Shown: in pieces, positions 11,917-24,060 of the stretch | How the letters are laid out: every line of letters begins with the position of its first letter | Numbering within the stretch: the stretch's first letter is position 1 | Source of the DNA: Octopus sinensis | Lineage: Eukaryota | Length of the DNA: 64,000 bases | NCBI RefSeq assembly: GCF_006345805.1 | Contig: NC_042999.1 | Coordinates: 6,758,001 to 6,822,000, forward strand | Direction of reading: 5' to 3' | The notes under the pieces: model-generated | Told to the model about the DNA's origin: nothing | Databases searched by the model: none | The model's input: the letters and a program-made list of their open reading frames with translations, nothing else | Program-made: the position numbers and the translations under genes

Positions 11917-13729
11917 AGATCACTCTTCTCTCTCAACAACTTATGCAAACTCACAACGAGCAACGAGGAGTTGGCGTTGTCAGACGAAGTACTAGAGATA
12001 GTAGCCAAATATTAAGACGTGATAGTCACGCCTGGAATAATTTTGATCATAGATCCGCTCGATTAGAGCTCACCTGGTGCTACACAACTGCAATAACATG
12101 AATAATACCATGAAATTAAATATAATTATTTTGTGCGCCCGTTTACAATTTTGTTAATTTTAGCGTCTGGTAAGATAACAAGTCCAGTTCTTTCATTATC
12201 ACAAGATCATAAAGTATAAGAGCGAGTAGAGTCATTGAGATGTTAATCGATTCCAGTGTTTGATCGATTCTTATTTTACCGTCTTGGAAAAGATGAAAGG
12301 TAAATCTGTTCCGACGGACATTAAATAAAACCAACTTAAAGCGACACAATAAATATAAATAAGTGTAAACCATTCCATAACAATCATTCCAACATCAATA
12401 GTGTTTCCAGAAAAGGTATTAAATTTGCTGTTGTTTATCATTAACAAACGATTTGGCCTTTATTTTAAGAAGGTCGGGCAAGATTTGAGGAAGATTAGCC
12501 TGCCATTTCTAACAGCTCGAGCGACTACGTGGAGACCACCGCTGTTGACTTGTACTTAGAATGGGTAATTTTACAAGCCAGTTTTGTTGAAGGGACACCT
12601 TCATGTGATTCAAGGAAGATATTTCTTATTGTCCCCCTCCCCCCAGGAATAGAAGGTACCCAGTATAGTCATCCAAAAATACACTCGATAGTTTTACAGT
12701 GCTGACACTGCCTTCAACAGTCAAATCTACGAGACTGCAATTAGATTTTGGTGAATTCTGTAATTGTGAGTGATGCCTTAGGCTCTTGGACACAGTATTG
12801 TTATAATGAGAGAAGGTATGAAACTATAATTTGTCGACTAGACTACGGTTAATTAGTCAATAAGGTCACAATGTGCAGCGGGTAAAAAAATGAGAATTTG
12901 GAGTATATACTTTGCAATACAGTTTCGGCTCTTTCTGTTTTGAGTGGCCAAAAAGATATGGCTTGCATCCTTGCACATCGCCGACATGAGGATGTCTTAG
13001 CATAAAATATTCGTAGGAAAACAACAAGCAGCTACTGTGGTGTTATTCCACAACGATGATGCTTGTCAAGGTAGATTCCAGAAGTGTTTGACACAATATG
13101 GTGGCAAAAAATAAAAAAAAGTGAAAGAAACAAATCGAAAGGGGGTTGGGCCATGGACATTGTCATTATTGCTATTTGTTGGTGGCTCCCTAATCCTGCT
13201 CCCTACTCCTTTGCGCTGGTCAAACAACAATCCTCCAACCCACGGATTTGTTTGGGTGGTCGTTGCTGGTGAGGGTTTTACGAGGTCGGAGTTCAAATCC
13301 TACCTCAGCCTCTTTTAGTCGCTTTTTGCGACACGCAGAAAAGGTGTTGGGTCTATTCTTTGGCATGCCAGTCTCCAAACGGCACTTGAGCCACGGGAAA
13401 TGAAGTGTCTTTGCTCAAGAGCACAACACGCTGCCCCAGTCCGGAATCGAACTTGTAATCAGGCGATTGTGAATGCAATACCACAACCACCCACTCACGC
13501 GCTTTCACTCACTATTATGGCACATAGATATCATTGTTGATTAAAATATTTGTGTACAAGAAGCATTTTTAAGGGTGAAACTTTTTTTTGTGCCGAATGT
13601 GACAAGAAAGTCGTTTGTGGGTACAAAAAACAAAAGAATCCAAAAAACTGTTTTTCAATCAAATAATCTGAGATGGGAAGAAGCCTTCCAGGCGGAAGCT
13701 GTTTGGAACGTGACCTGTCGCAGCAAATT

Positions 13730-14095
13730 ACGATGACGACGACGACGACGACGACGATGACGATGACGACGACGACGACGACGACGACAGCGACGACGAC
13801 GACGATAACAACGACGACGATGATGATGATCATGACGATGACGACAACGATAATGACGACGCTGACGATGACGATAACGATAACGACGACGACGACGATG
13901 AAGATGACGACGATGACGAAGACGACGATGACGATGACGACGATGACGATGACGATAACGACGATGACGACGATGACGAGGACGACGACGTTGATGATGA
14001 CGACGACAACGATGACGATGACGACGACGACGACGATGACGACGATGACGACGACGACGTTGATGATGACGACGACGACGACGGTGATGACGATG
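13730..14095. repeat. Compound (GAC/GAT)n microsatellite
   Basis: Seen directly. Confidence 0.95.
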
Positions 14096-14295
14096 GTGGG
14101 GAATATGATGACCGAAATTTTGGTGGGATGATCTGTAGAATCGGTAGATCACCGGACTAAACGCTTTTCTAATTTCAGTTCTATCCCCCAGGCAGCAAGT
14201 TCATTTCTCGCCGAAGTCAGTGTCATCGTAGTGACCGTGCAATGAGTACGAAGCATTTATTGGAACCGAATCAGCGCCTCCTATAGCCGTCTCAC

Positions 14296-14431
14296 CAGAA
14301 TACGTGGCCTACAGCCAAAGCCGAATAGAAACACCAGCAAATATAACATGTTTTTGCAACAACATCAAACACGGCTGACCAGCAGATTATATATTCATGC
14401 TTTGAACAATGAGCAGAGAAAGTGGCAACGT
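14296..14431 (-). other. Candidate internal exon (136 nt), coding status unknown
   Basis: Pyrimidine-rich acceptor ...TATTTTTATCCCTATTAG, donor TG|GTGAGA, one open frame; no recognised homology. Confidence 0.3.
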
Positions 14432-14688
14432 CTAATAGGGATAAAAATATAGTAAGATAAACATAAAAATGCAATAAAAAACAGCAAAAGTAGCCAAAAA
14501 AACAACAACAAAAAACTCGAACTTGTTTTGAAAGGACGGCAGCCATTATAAGTGGGGAAACTTGAAAGTATACCAACGAAAAATCAATCGGCTATTATTG
14601 TATTTATTTTGTGCAAATATGATAGAGTTCGATTGATTGGAGTGTTGCAATTGGAGACGTGAAATGTATAATTAGCTGTATGGGTGTT

Positions 14689-14728
<40 letters not shown>

Positions 14729-14774
14729 GGGGGGGAATCGGATGTTGTGATGTTCACGAATTTCTTAATGCTTT

Positions 14775-14788
14775 CATCGTCATCACCC

Positions 14789-14827
<39 letters not shown>

Positions 14828-15083
14828 ACAACATCATCATCATCACCACCATCATCATCATCATCCTCATCACCCTCATCATCATCCTCATCACCCCCAT
14901 CATCATCATCATCATCACCCTCCTCCTCCTCATCATCATCATCATCCTCATCATCATTATCCTCATCACCCTCATCATCACCCTCATCATCATCATCATC
15001 CCCATCACCCTCATCCTCATCCTCATCATCATCATCATCACCCTCATCATCATCCTCATCATCATCATCCTCATCATCATCAA

Positions 15084-15118
<35 letters not shown>

Positions 15119-15255
15119 CCCTCATCATCAACACCCTCATCATCATCATCATCCCCATCACCCTCATCCTCATCCTCATCCTCATCATCATCACCCTTCT
15201 CCTCCTCCTCATTATCATCATCATCATCATCACCATCGTCACCATCATCATCATA
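14775..15255. repeat. Compound (ATC)n microsatellite; resumes at 15660-15800 after a SINE
   Basis: Seen directly. Confidence 0.95.
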
Positions 15256-15259
15256 CTCG

Positions 15260-15660
15260 TTTTACTCTTTTACTTGTTTCAGTCATTTGACTGCGGCCAT
15301 GCTGGAGCACCGCCTTTAGTCGAACAAATCGACCCCGGGACTTATTCTTATATATGTAAGCCCAGTACTTATTCTATCGGTCTCTTTTGCCGAACCGCTA
15401 AGTGACGGGGACGTAAACACACCAGCATCGGTTGTCAAGCAATGCTAGGGGGACAAACACAGACACACAAACATATATATATATACATACATATATACGA
15501 CGGGCTTCTTTCAGTTTCCGTCTACCAAATCCACTCACAAGGCTTTGGTTGGCCCGAGGCTATAGTTGAAGACCCTTGCCCAAGATGCCACGCAGTGGGA
15601 CTGAACCCGGAACCATGTGGTTGGTAAGCAAGATACTTACCACACAGCCACTCCTGCGCC
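15260..15660 (-). mobile_element. SINE family B inserted in the (ATC)n tract
   Basis: Reverse-complement match. Confidence 0.9.
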
Positions 15661-15704
15661 TATCATCATCATCATCATTATCATCTCCCTCGTCGTCATC
15701 ACCC

Positions 15705-15747
<43 letters not shown>

Positions 15748-15809
15748 CATCCTCATCCTTATCACCCTCATCGTTCTCCCCTCCTCCTCCTCATCATCAT
15801 CGACATCCC

Positions 15810-16140
15810 TTAACTGATTCAGCTAGTAGGTTGGGGTGCCACTAGTCTCTGTTTTCTGTCATGCGTAGCAAGCTCGCTGTGTGCCACCAGTCAATTGATG
15901 TTGTCAAACTAGGATTTTGCCCCCTAAGATTCCGCTCCCCCCCTTCAGCTGTGCCTAGAAGAATTGTTTTCGGCAGGAAGCTGTGGTGGGATGCATGATT
16001 GTACGGGACAAGTTTTTCCTTTTTTTCCTGTCCTGTGCAAGGAGTGGTTCCTGATTGCCAGCGTAAATTGGAGTTGAGTAAACTACAGCGGATCAAAGAT
16101 TCTGTTGATGGGTCGAGAATACGCCTTCATTTGATTCCAG
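15810..16140 (-). mobile_element. RTE LINE 3' end fragment
   Basis: HASHHSFLPKTILLGTAEGG...LLRMTENRD*W resembles the RTE ORF C-terminus (GHV.R..SL.KTIL.G.VEG). Confidence 0.7.
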
Positions 16141-16152
16141 AGGCAAAATAAT

Positions 16153-16183
<31 letters not shown>

Positions 16184-16239
16184 GCAACAGCAGCAACAAC
16201 AACAACAACAACAACAACAATAATAATAATAATAATAAC

Positions 16240-16287
<48 letters not shown>

Positions 16288-16620
16288 TTCTAAAAGAAAT
16301 GGAGAAACTCTCAAAATACAAAGACCTGGAAATAGAGGTAACTAGAATGTGGAATCTGAAAACAGAAACAATTCCTATCATAGTAGGTGCATTAGGCATG
16401 ATAAAAAAATATTCAGACAAATACATAACAAAAACACCAGGACTTACAAACACATATAACATACAGAAAATTGCACTACTAGGCACTGCACACATCCTAC
16501 GCAGAACACTTTCCATACAATAACCATCAGAGCATCACAACAAATCACAGCACATACCCAAGGCACACAGAGCTGCGCTCGGTAGTGAAGTGAAAGCACG
16601 CTATAAAAATAAAACTACTG
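16288..16620 (+). mobile_element. R4/Dong-clade non-LTR retrotransposon, 5'-truncated 3' end inside (AAT)n
   Basis: Uninterrupted KEMEKLSKYKDLEIEVTRMWNLKTETIPIIVGALG...IQKIALLGTAHILRRTLSIQ* (restriction-like endonuclease C-terminus), ~95-nt 3'UTR, (AAT)n on both sides. Confidence 0.9.
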
Positions 16621-16708
16621 AATAATAATAATAATAATAATAATAATGATAATAATAACAACAATAACAACAACAACAACAACAACAACAACAATAATAA
16701 TAATAATA

Positions 16709-16739
<31 letters not shown>

Positions 16740-17368
16740 TTGATATTAAATAAATAAATAAACAAAGATATAAAGAACGACAATAAAACACAATAATGAA
16801 GGAAGAATAAAACAACAAAAAGGATCAATATAAGAACGGAATAAATAATTAAGAGACGAGAAAAAGAGAAAATATAGAGGAAGATAGTGACGATGATACA
16901 GACATACCGAGCGAAGGAGATATAGAAAGAATAAGAAAAAAACGAAAGAAAAATGACCCCGAAAAAGTCCTGAAAAGACACTAAATAAAAAAAGGAACAT
17001 GACTGTATCAAAGAAGTACATCAAATGGAGGCAGAGAAACTTGGGAAAATACACGCGAAGAAGAAAACGAATTCCTCAACAGTAAATCGTTTAAAGACGT
17101 CATCGGTTTTTTACTTTATTAACAGACTTTCTAAATAAGACTGAATTCTATCAGACAAAGAATCTGTTAGCAAATGTTCGGTCATAAATTACTGGAATAT
17201 TAATTGCTTGTCGAGACGTTATTCATTTCAGGTGAAGAATTCTTTATTTTCTTTGGGGGAACGGTTCGGGAACAGTTCAGAACGACGACGTTTCGTGAGA
17301 ACAGTGCGGAAAACGAAGCAAATAAACTGTAACATTCTAGAAATCCCGCAAAAGGAATTTGTAAACTT

Positions 17369-17422
<54 letters not shown>

Positions 17423-17451
17423 CAAAAGAAAAACAGGATGCAAAGGATTTT

Positions 17452-17538
17452 GCGGTACATATGTTTCTGGCTTTATTGGACAGTTTATATCAATGCATAA
17501 TTGATGTAACATGTATGTCAATAGCCTTCTTCAGCCGC
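17452..17538 (-). ncRNA. Type I hammerhead ribozyme in a (TA)n-tailed element
   Basis: GCGG-CTGAAGA-A-GGCT...AGCC-A-GAAA-CATATG-TA-CCGC: stem I GCGG/CCGC, extended stem II, palindromic stem III ACATATGT, GUA site. Confidence 0.8.
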
Positions 17539-17569
17539 GCACAATTACCACACCAAAGACATGTATTAC

Positions 17570-18251
17570 ATTATAGCAGGTTTGAGAAGTTTGGGAAAAA
17601 TAGGGGTTTCGTTGGGGATGCAAATCCTCACAGTCATATACAGCAGAGCGAGACACTAAAAACAAAGCGTCCATACCGTTTTTCACTCGATATAGAATGA
17701 GGAGGTTTTTTATCCCTTTATATTTTTAATTTTCGTCTTTTATTTTTTCGCTTCTTTATCTTTATTTATTTATATACTTATATACTTATTTTTTTACATT
17801 ACTTTTTTACATTTTTACTCTTTTATTACATTTTGCACTTACTATTTTTCTTCTTTGTGATCCCAAACTCATTAAAGATTCCCCCCTTCCACTCCTTCCC
17901 TCTTTACCTCAACATCCAACTTCCTCATTCTATATCGAGTGAAAAACACCTTTCCCCTTTACCACCGTCACCACTGTCTTTCACAACCCTTACTATCTCG
18001 GCTACCACCACCACCATCATCATCATCACTGTCGCCTCCATATCTATCACAACTACAGCTCAAACTATTACTATAACCCCATTACCATCACAACCATCAA
18101 TCTACTACCGCCCTCACCGTCTCTATGCCTACTATTACTCTCACCCTATCATGAGGAGTAGTAGAAATCTCATAAATTAGTGAGAGAGGGAGGGGTCAAC
18201 GTGTGACAGACTGACAAACAGCAATACGTTGTGGCATCTATTATAATAGAT
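17570..18251 (-). mobile_element. Unclassified, possibly Helitron/Helentron-like element with an internal 26-bp inverted repeat
   Basis: Minus-strand start (A)TCTATTATAATAGATG...CTGTTTGTCAGTCTGTC; perfect inverted repeat 17678-17703/17922-17947; 3' end not seen. Confidence 0.4.
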
Positions 18252-18334
18252 ATATACAATTTCATATATGCATTAGTTTACATACATACATACATATATT
18301 TATGTATGTATGTATATGTATATATATATATATC

Positions 18335-18660
18335 ACAACATGAACAAGAATAGAGAAAATTACATCTTTAATTGATGCTTCTTAGTTTATAGGAAAAGCT
18401 ATTATAGCGGAAGCGTTATTTATCATTGAAATATTTAAATGCCTTTCTAAATTTATGGGAACATTTCAACATAAGGCTTGTTATATAATGTAAAGGTTTT
18501 AATTTTGAACTAATTATATGATATATTTCCTCCAGGCAAAGATCACATTTCAAATTACTAATATTGTATGATGAAGTGTAATTAATAATGGATAACTTTA
18601 TATTGTACTTAATGTTGCTGTCTTTCAAACCTCAAATGCATTTACTAAGATTTGCATACA
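18335..18660 (-). mobile_element. Penelope-like element 3' end (C-terminus of the GIY-YIG endonuclease region) running into (TA)n
   Basis: LSKCI*GLKDSNIKYNIKLSIINYTSSYNISNLKCDLCLEEIYHII...KCSHK fits the PLE pattern LSK.IW.LK...Y.IKW.I...C.LCL.E...KC.H. Confidence 0.75.
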
Positions 18661-18719
18661 TATACGCGTAGAATTTATTTGAAATTATGTACCATGTATC
18701 CCATACATTCATACATATG

Positions 18720-19250
18720 CATATTTGTGTGTGTGTATATGTGGGCGTGGTTTATGTAGTTTTCGGGTGTGTGTGCACATGTGTGTTTGTGTGTGTGTGT
18801 GTGCTATATTTGTTGTGGCAAAGTGTGTGTGTACGTGTGAGTGCAAGTGTGTATGTTATTATTCTATGTGGTGCGTGCATATGTTTGGGTGTATTATTTG
18901 AGTGTTTTGTTTGTATTGTTTGTGCAGTGTTTGTGTATACGTGTGGGCTTGTTTGTGTGTGTGTGTGTGTGTATGTGTGTGTGTGTGCGTGTGTGTATGC
19001 ATGTGTGTATGTGTGTGTGTGTCTGTGAGCGTTTGTTGTGATTGTTGGGATTGTATTGCGTGTGTATAAGTGTTTATTTTTTCTTTGAGTGTGTGTGTGT
19101 CTGTGTGATTTTTTACTGGGGATCGGGCATATTGTGTTTGTGTGTGTACATATGTGTGTATACAAGCGCGCGTGTGCGTGTGGTTGTGTTGTATTTGCGT
19201 GTTTGTGTATGTATCTGTGTATATGTGGGTGTGTTTGTGTGAGTGTGTCT
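18720..19250. repeat. Degenerate TG-rich low-complexity tract
   Basis: Seen directly. Confidence 0.9.
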
Positions 19251-19306
19251 TGTAGTTGTCATCCACAAGTTCTTTTTATTCTCTCTCTGTTTATTTCCTC
19301 GTGTTC

Positions 19307-19342
19307 CTTTCTGTTGAAGAGCTCAGGCTCGAAACATAAAAG
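19307..19342 (+). ncRNA. Minimal hammerhead-like motif (U3 variant), probably decayed
   Basis: TTGAAGA-GCTCAGGCTC-GAAA-CA-TA-AAAG; stem III ACAT is one CpG-type change from ACGT; element ends in TATATA about 90 nt downstream. Confidence 0.45.
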
Positions 19343-19460
19343 ACTTTCTCAACTTCCCGAGTATCAAACTGATACATCTGCTTGTTGTTCATACACCTGT
19401 CGTCGTCTTTTGTTTTTTCTGTAAATTTCAACTATATATATCGTGTGTGTGTCTATGTAA

Positions 19461-19688
19461 GGCGGCGAGCTGGCAGAAACGTTAGCGCGCCGGGCGAAAT
19501 GCGTAGCCGTATTTCGTCTGCCGTTACATTCTGAGTTCACATTCCGCCGAGTCCGACTTTGCCTTTCATCCTGTCGGGGTCGATAAAATAAGTACCAGTT
19601 ACGCACTGAGGTCGATCAAATCCACTTGATCCGTTTCTCTGTCCTTGTTTGTTCCCTCTGTGTTGAGCCCCTTGTGGGCAGTAAAGAA
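19461..19688 (+). mobile_element. SINE family A monomer
   Basis: Full match. Confidence 0.9.
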
Positions 19689-19689
19689 G

Positions 19690-19735
<46 letters not shown>

Positions 19736-19779
19736 TGTGTGTGTATGTATGTATGTGTGTGTGTGTGTCTGTGTGTGAA

Positions 19780-19985
19780 GCTTGCTCAGGCATTTTGAAC
19801 CCGCACACGCCAGCCATCTCGCTCCTGCATTAGTTAAGGAAGGTCTTCAGCGAGGCATCTAGTTGTGTTCAGACGACCAGTTCGAGTACCACTATGCTTT
19901 GACATCCATAGTAATACGCCACTTGGCAGCTCTTGTTCACCTCGCCAGCAATTTCCCGCAAAGCTCAACGCCTTTGCCTTAGAGT
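19780..19985 (-). mobile_element. RTE-X LINE 3' end fragment
   Basis: AGNCWRGEQELPSGVLLWMSKHSGTRTGR...EDLP*LMQERDGWRVRV. Confidence 0.75.
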
Positions 19986-20014
19986 GGACTAACCACTAAT
20001 ACATTATAAAACAA

Positions 20015-20405
20015 TCTCTCTATATAAAGCTGAAGATGCTTGTGCACGGCAGGTTTGGTAGCCTTCATCTAACACTATCTCCTCCGAGACCCTGCAGCAC
20101 AAGTTGACCAAAATTGAGAGTATGATAGAAGAAGACTTGCTCTTCCTTCCATAGAAGAAAATATTCAAATCGGACCATATTAACACCAAAAATTATTTAC
20201 ATCAAAAAGGTATTTTTTTCTATGAAATATCACTATTTTTTAACGATTTTTTAACTGCTGTGTTGCTATTTTTCGGTGTATTTCAATCAGAAAAATGTTC
20301 ACTTAAAGAGAATAACAAGCTACATAATGCAACATTTTTACTTTTCAAAAATTCCAATTCTAAAGGGTCAAAACAAACCCGAGCAACGCCGGGCGATTCT
20401 GCTAG
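20015..20405 (+). mobile_element. Non-autonomous Helitron
   Basis: 5' TCTCTCTATATAAAG; same 3' end as 7230-7632 (CAAACCCGAGCAACGCCGGGCGAT.CTGCTAG); A^T insertion; paralogous empty site near 22431. Confidence 0.9.
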
Positions 20406-20920
20406 TATTATGATATAAAATGCATTATAAAGATATATAGCTGAAGCACAAACTGGATAAACTGTTCACTACACACACAGGCACACACACAGGTACACAC
20501 ATTGGAAGAAAACTCCAGGTGGGTCATATCAGGCAGGAGATCTCCATCAAGTTGATTTTTGATGGCCTGAGTTCTTCAAAATATGTTTAAGACTGCTCTT
20601 AACATTCAATGTAAGTTCCATCTAGCTTGGATTCCAGTGTTTTGTTAAGCGTCCAGGCTGTTGCTTCTTTTATTTTGAGTTTCAATTCCATATAAAAAAA
20701 AAAATGATTTTAATGCTCTCTCAACTGTTTATCATTTTTTACTACATTAACAATATGGATGTATGTACGCACGCACGTACACACACACACACACACGCAT
20801 ACACACACATACACGCTCATTAACTTGAAACAGAGAGAAAACCAAGCCTTCCTACTCGACTAGAAAATCGCAGCTATCGCATTCCAGGTAATCACATTAT
20901 TGTTCACACCATCGACCACC

Positions 20921-20991
<71 letters not shown>

Positions 20992-21077
20992 TATTATTTC
21001 TGATAATTATTTATTGCACATTTCCCAACAGATCTGTCTTCTGATGTTTAACAGAGGGAAGAACATCGAAGGACCTC

Positions 21078-21128
21078 GACAACAACAACAACAACAACAA
21101 CAATAATAATAATAATAATATTAATAAT

Positions 21129-21165
<37 letters not shown>

Positions 21166-21325
21166 GTAATAATAATAATAATAATAATAATGATAATAAT
21201 AATAATAATAATGATAATGATGATAATAATAATAATAAAATAATAATAATAATAATAAAATAATAATAATGATAATAATAATAATAATAATAACAATAAT
21301 AATAATAATAACAATAATAATGATA
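21078..21325. repeat. (AAC)n/(AAT)n microsatellite
   Basis: Seen directly. Confidence 0.95.
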
Positions 21326-21429
21326 AAACAACGATTAATGTTTTCGTAAATGATTTGGGATATATTGACGCTAACTTGGTAACCCGTGTGTAATTGCAGA
21401 GGTTAGCTTCTGCTCGTTACGCAGAACAT

Positions 21430-21700
21430 GAAAGGCTCTTAATCACCGTGTCAATTTCAATGGGTGACAATGTCTCTCAAAGAATTGGAGAATATTCTCA
21501 TATGGAAACCTGATGGCGGAGATAACCAAAATGTGGGGAATAAAGACAGAGACAACCTCCGTTATGATGCGCATATGAGAAACGATAGAAAAATGGTGTC
21601 AAATATTTGATCCCCAAATCAGGACTTAATCCCATAAACAATGGAGAGATAATAACATCATTTAGATGCCAACCATTACAGGTATTGCCTATATATTTCC
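21430..21700 (+). mobile_element. Degenerate R4/Dong endonuclease-region fragment
   Basis: YGNLMAEITKMWGIKTET aligns with YKDLEIEVTRMWNLKTET at 16317. Confidence 0.65.
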
Positions 21701-22167
21701 AATATGATAGAATAAATTAAAAATAAAACCAAACACTGTGCGTTCCCAAGGTATTCGTAGATTGTGCTATGGAAATATATTTATGATAACGAAATAAATA
21801 GAACGACAGTAATAAAAATTGATTTCTAATTATTACACAATCTCATCAATTTGTAACGAAGACGTCGTCAGTCAAAACACTGATAATACGTGACTGATGC
21901 TTATTTTATCGAGTCTAGAATAAGGGAAGGAAAACTAAGACCTAGCGGACAATCGGCCAAAATCAATAACAACAAGGACGACGATGATGATGATGTTTGT
22001 ATTAGCCTTAAAAGTTCATATATGGAAATAAAACAGGTTATAATCGCGTGCAAGGATGGACAAAACAAAATTAAACTATAATATTTACAAAAGACTCACA
22101 CAATAATCATGATTGTTTGGCTTCGTTTGTGTCTTTATCATATTATAACATTATAATATTATAATAT

Positions 22168-22385
22168 GGAGGCGCGTGATTTGGGGTTAGGGTTTTGGAC
22201 TCATGGCCGTAAGACTGTGGTTTCAATTCCTGAACTGGGCGACGTGTTGTGTTCTTGAACAAAACACTTCATTTCAGTTTCCTCCAGTTCACTCATCTGG
22301 CAAAAGTGAGTTAACCTACGACGGACCGGCGTCCCATCCAGGTGGGGAAACGTATACATGAAAGAAACCGCAAACCGGTCATATG
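22168..22385 (+). mobile_element. SINE family D (tRNA head related to family C, CORE-like TTGAGCAA.ACACTT block)
   Basis: Related copies at 25445-25760 (+), 46552-46865 (-) and 58622-58840 (+); fragments near 13385-13500 (-), 5373-5415 and 57870-57940. Confidence 0.75.
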
Positions 22386-22869
22386 CTCCTTATGAAGTAA
22401 TGTGGACTAGCCATAATACATTATAAAACAATTATGATATAAAATGTATTATAAAAATATAAACGTGAAGCATAAATTGAATAAACTCCCCACCATACAC
22501 ACACATACACAGAAAGAAAATCCCAGCTGGGTCGTACCAGAAATTCCCATAATTCTTATTCCCTCTCTCAACCATGTCTTTTTCTGGACTCTTAGTCAAA
22601 TGATTTACTCGTTTGAAAATAATATTCTGATGCTCAGTTTTTGGGTGGCCTGATGATAATGGAAATGAATTTAGTTGTTCGTAGGATTCTTTGAAGTTTT
22701 ATATTAATAAACTGTTTGTCACAAAGCTCTAGATAATCGGCGCTCATTTCCTCACCAATCTGCCCTGAATTTGTCTTGAAGAAGTCTTTCATCTTTCGTT
22801 AACCCTGCTTTCACCTCTTTCCCCCATTGACACACAAAAGTCAATATTAGTCATTGATCTACATCGTGT

Positions 22870-23274
22870 TCAATGTCTATTATTATAAATATAACCAGAC
22901 CCTTTTATAATTTTCAATGGAAACAATTTCTCCCAATATGTCATGAAGGGCTTATCGTATTTCTTGACGTAAAGGGAAGTTAATTCGCTTTCATCCAAGC
23001 AGCGATACATCATTTTTGTCATTGCTCTCTTCTGGATAATTTCCTGTGTAAAGAAATTCTGTTGGGCTTTTGTAAAATCTCCCCAGCTACATTTTTTTTT
23101 ACTGAGAAACAGTTTCTCTTCATACAACTTTTTTAATGAATGGACCACAGTATTTAGAATCGTGTAAGAGTCACTGCTCCTCTTGTTGCTGATGTTGTTG
23201 TTACTGTCGCTGCTTTTCAAATGAATTCTTTGAGAATGTGAGCTTTTGGTTTCTCTGAATCGTTTGCTCTTCAT
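22870..23274 (-). pseudogene. Orphan 134-codon non-repetitive ORF, probably part of a longer decayed reading frame
   Basis: Longest ORF not explained by a microsatellite or a recognised TE; protein-like text appears to continue after frameshifts toward ~22680. Confidence 0.3.
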
Positions 23275-23599
23275 TTGCTTCTTCTACATTGAATCGTGTG
23301 TTTTGATTTTGTGTTGCTTCTGTTATGCATTATAGTATTTAGTCGTGCGGCATAATGATCTGTTGTCGTCATTTTCGATGCAAAAATGTAATGTGTAGAA
23401 ATAACATTGTGAAAGTTAGTGAAACCTCATTTTTTGTAGGTTTTACCACCGGTGTTGAGTTAAAACTATTCCTTAGACAGTGATAGGTCCTCTTAAAAGT
23501 AGTCCTGTCAAAAATTTCATTCGGTAATAATTGAATAGAACCTATTTTAAAGGGGGAATCCAAAAGGCGTCTTCACATTACAAGAGTCAAGACTTGCCC

Positions 23600-24060
23600 C
23601 ACGTCAGTTGAGGCGACACGATGAGATAAAAGTTCTGCATTGGAAACTGTGAAAAGTGCGAGTAGAGAGAGAGGAAAGACATGGTACGACCACAAACCAC
23701 AGAGAGTGACTGAGTCGGATACTAGAAAATCCTGTGGGATTTCTTTATTCAAAAAAGCACCGGGTGGTTGAGTACAGGAAAACAAGACCTTGTGGTGGTG
23801 GACCAATAAACCGCATATGTTCTATAACTGATGTTGAATGTCCAAGAAGGAAGGCGAGAACGGAGACACATATATAATGATAGCTGCACTGCAGAAGACC
23901 AAAAAGGTGAATATAGTACCAAGTATTGAATTGAGGACAGTTTAAGGAAGTATTGAGGGGAATGTAAAGAAAATGGGAATAAAGGGCCCAGTAGAACTGT
24001 AGCAAAATGTTTGCCTCTTTGGAATGGCCAGAATCTAGAGGAAAGTATTTGTCGAAGAGA
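23600..24060 (+). mobile_element. Degenerate R4/Dong-like endonuclease domain
   Basis: RHDEIKVLHWKL...TWYDHKPQRVTESD..ILWDFFIQ...DLVVVD...QNVCLFGMARI*RKV. Confidence 0.8.

Noticed and set aside
13531-15405. Long ORFs rich in T/M, R/H, I or S
   Set aside because: Translations of (GAC/GAT)n and (ATC)n microsatellites; open in several frames on both strands.
22650-22680. CTGATGA-TAATG-GAAA (also CTGANGA hits near 11792, 24874, 45208, and minus-strand 35212 and 58895)
   Set aside because: No stem I or stem III complementarity, or no properly placed GAAA; treated as chance core matches.
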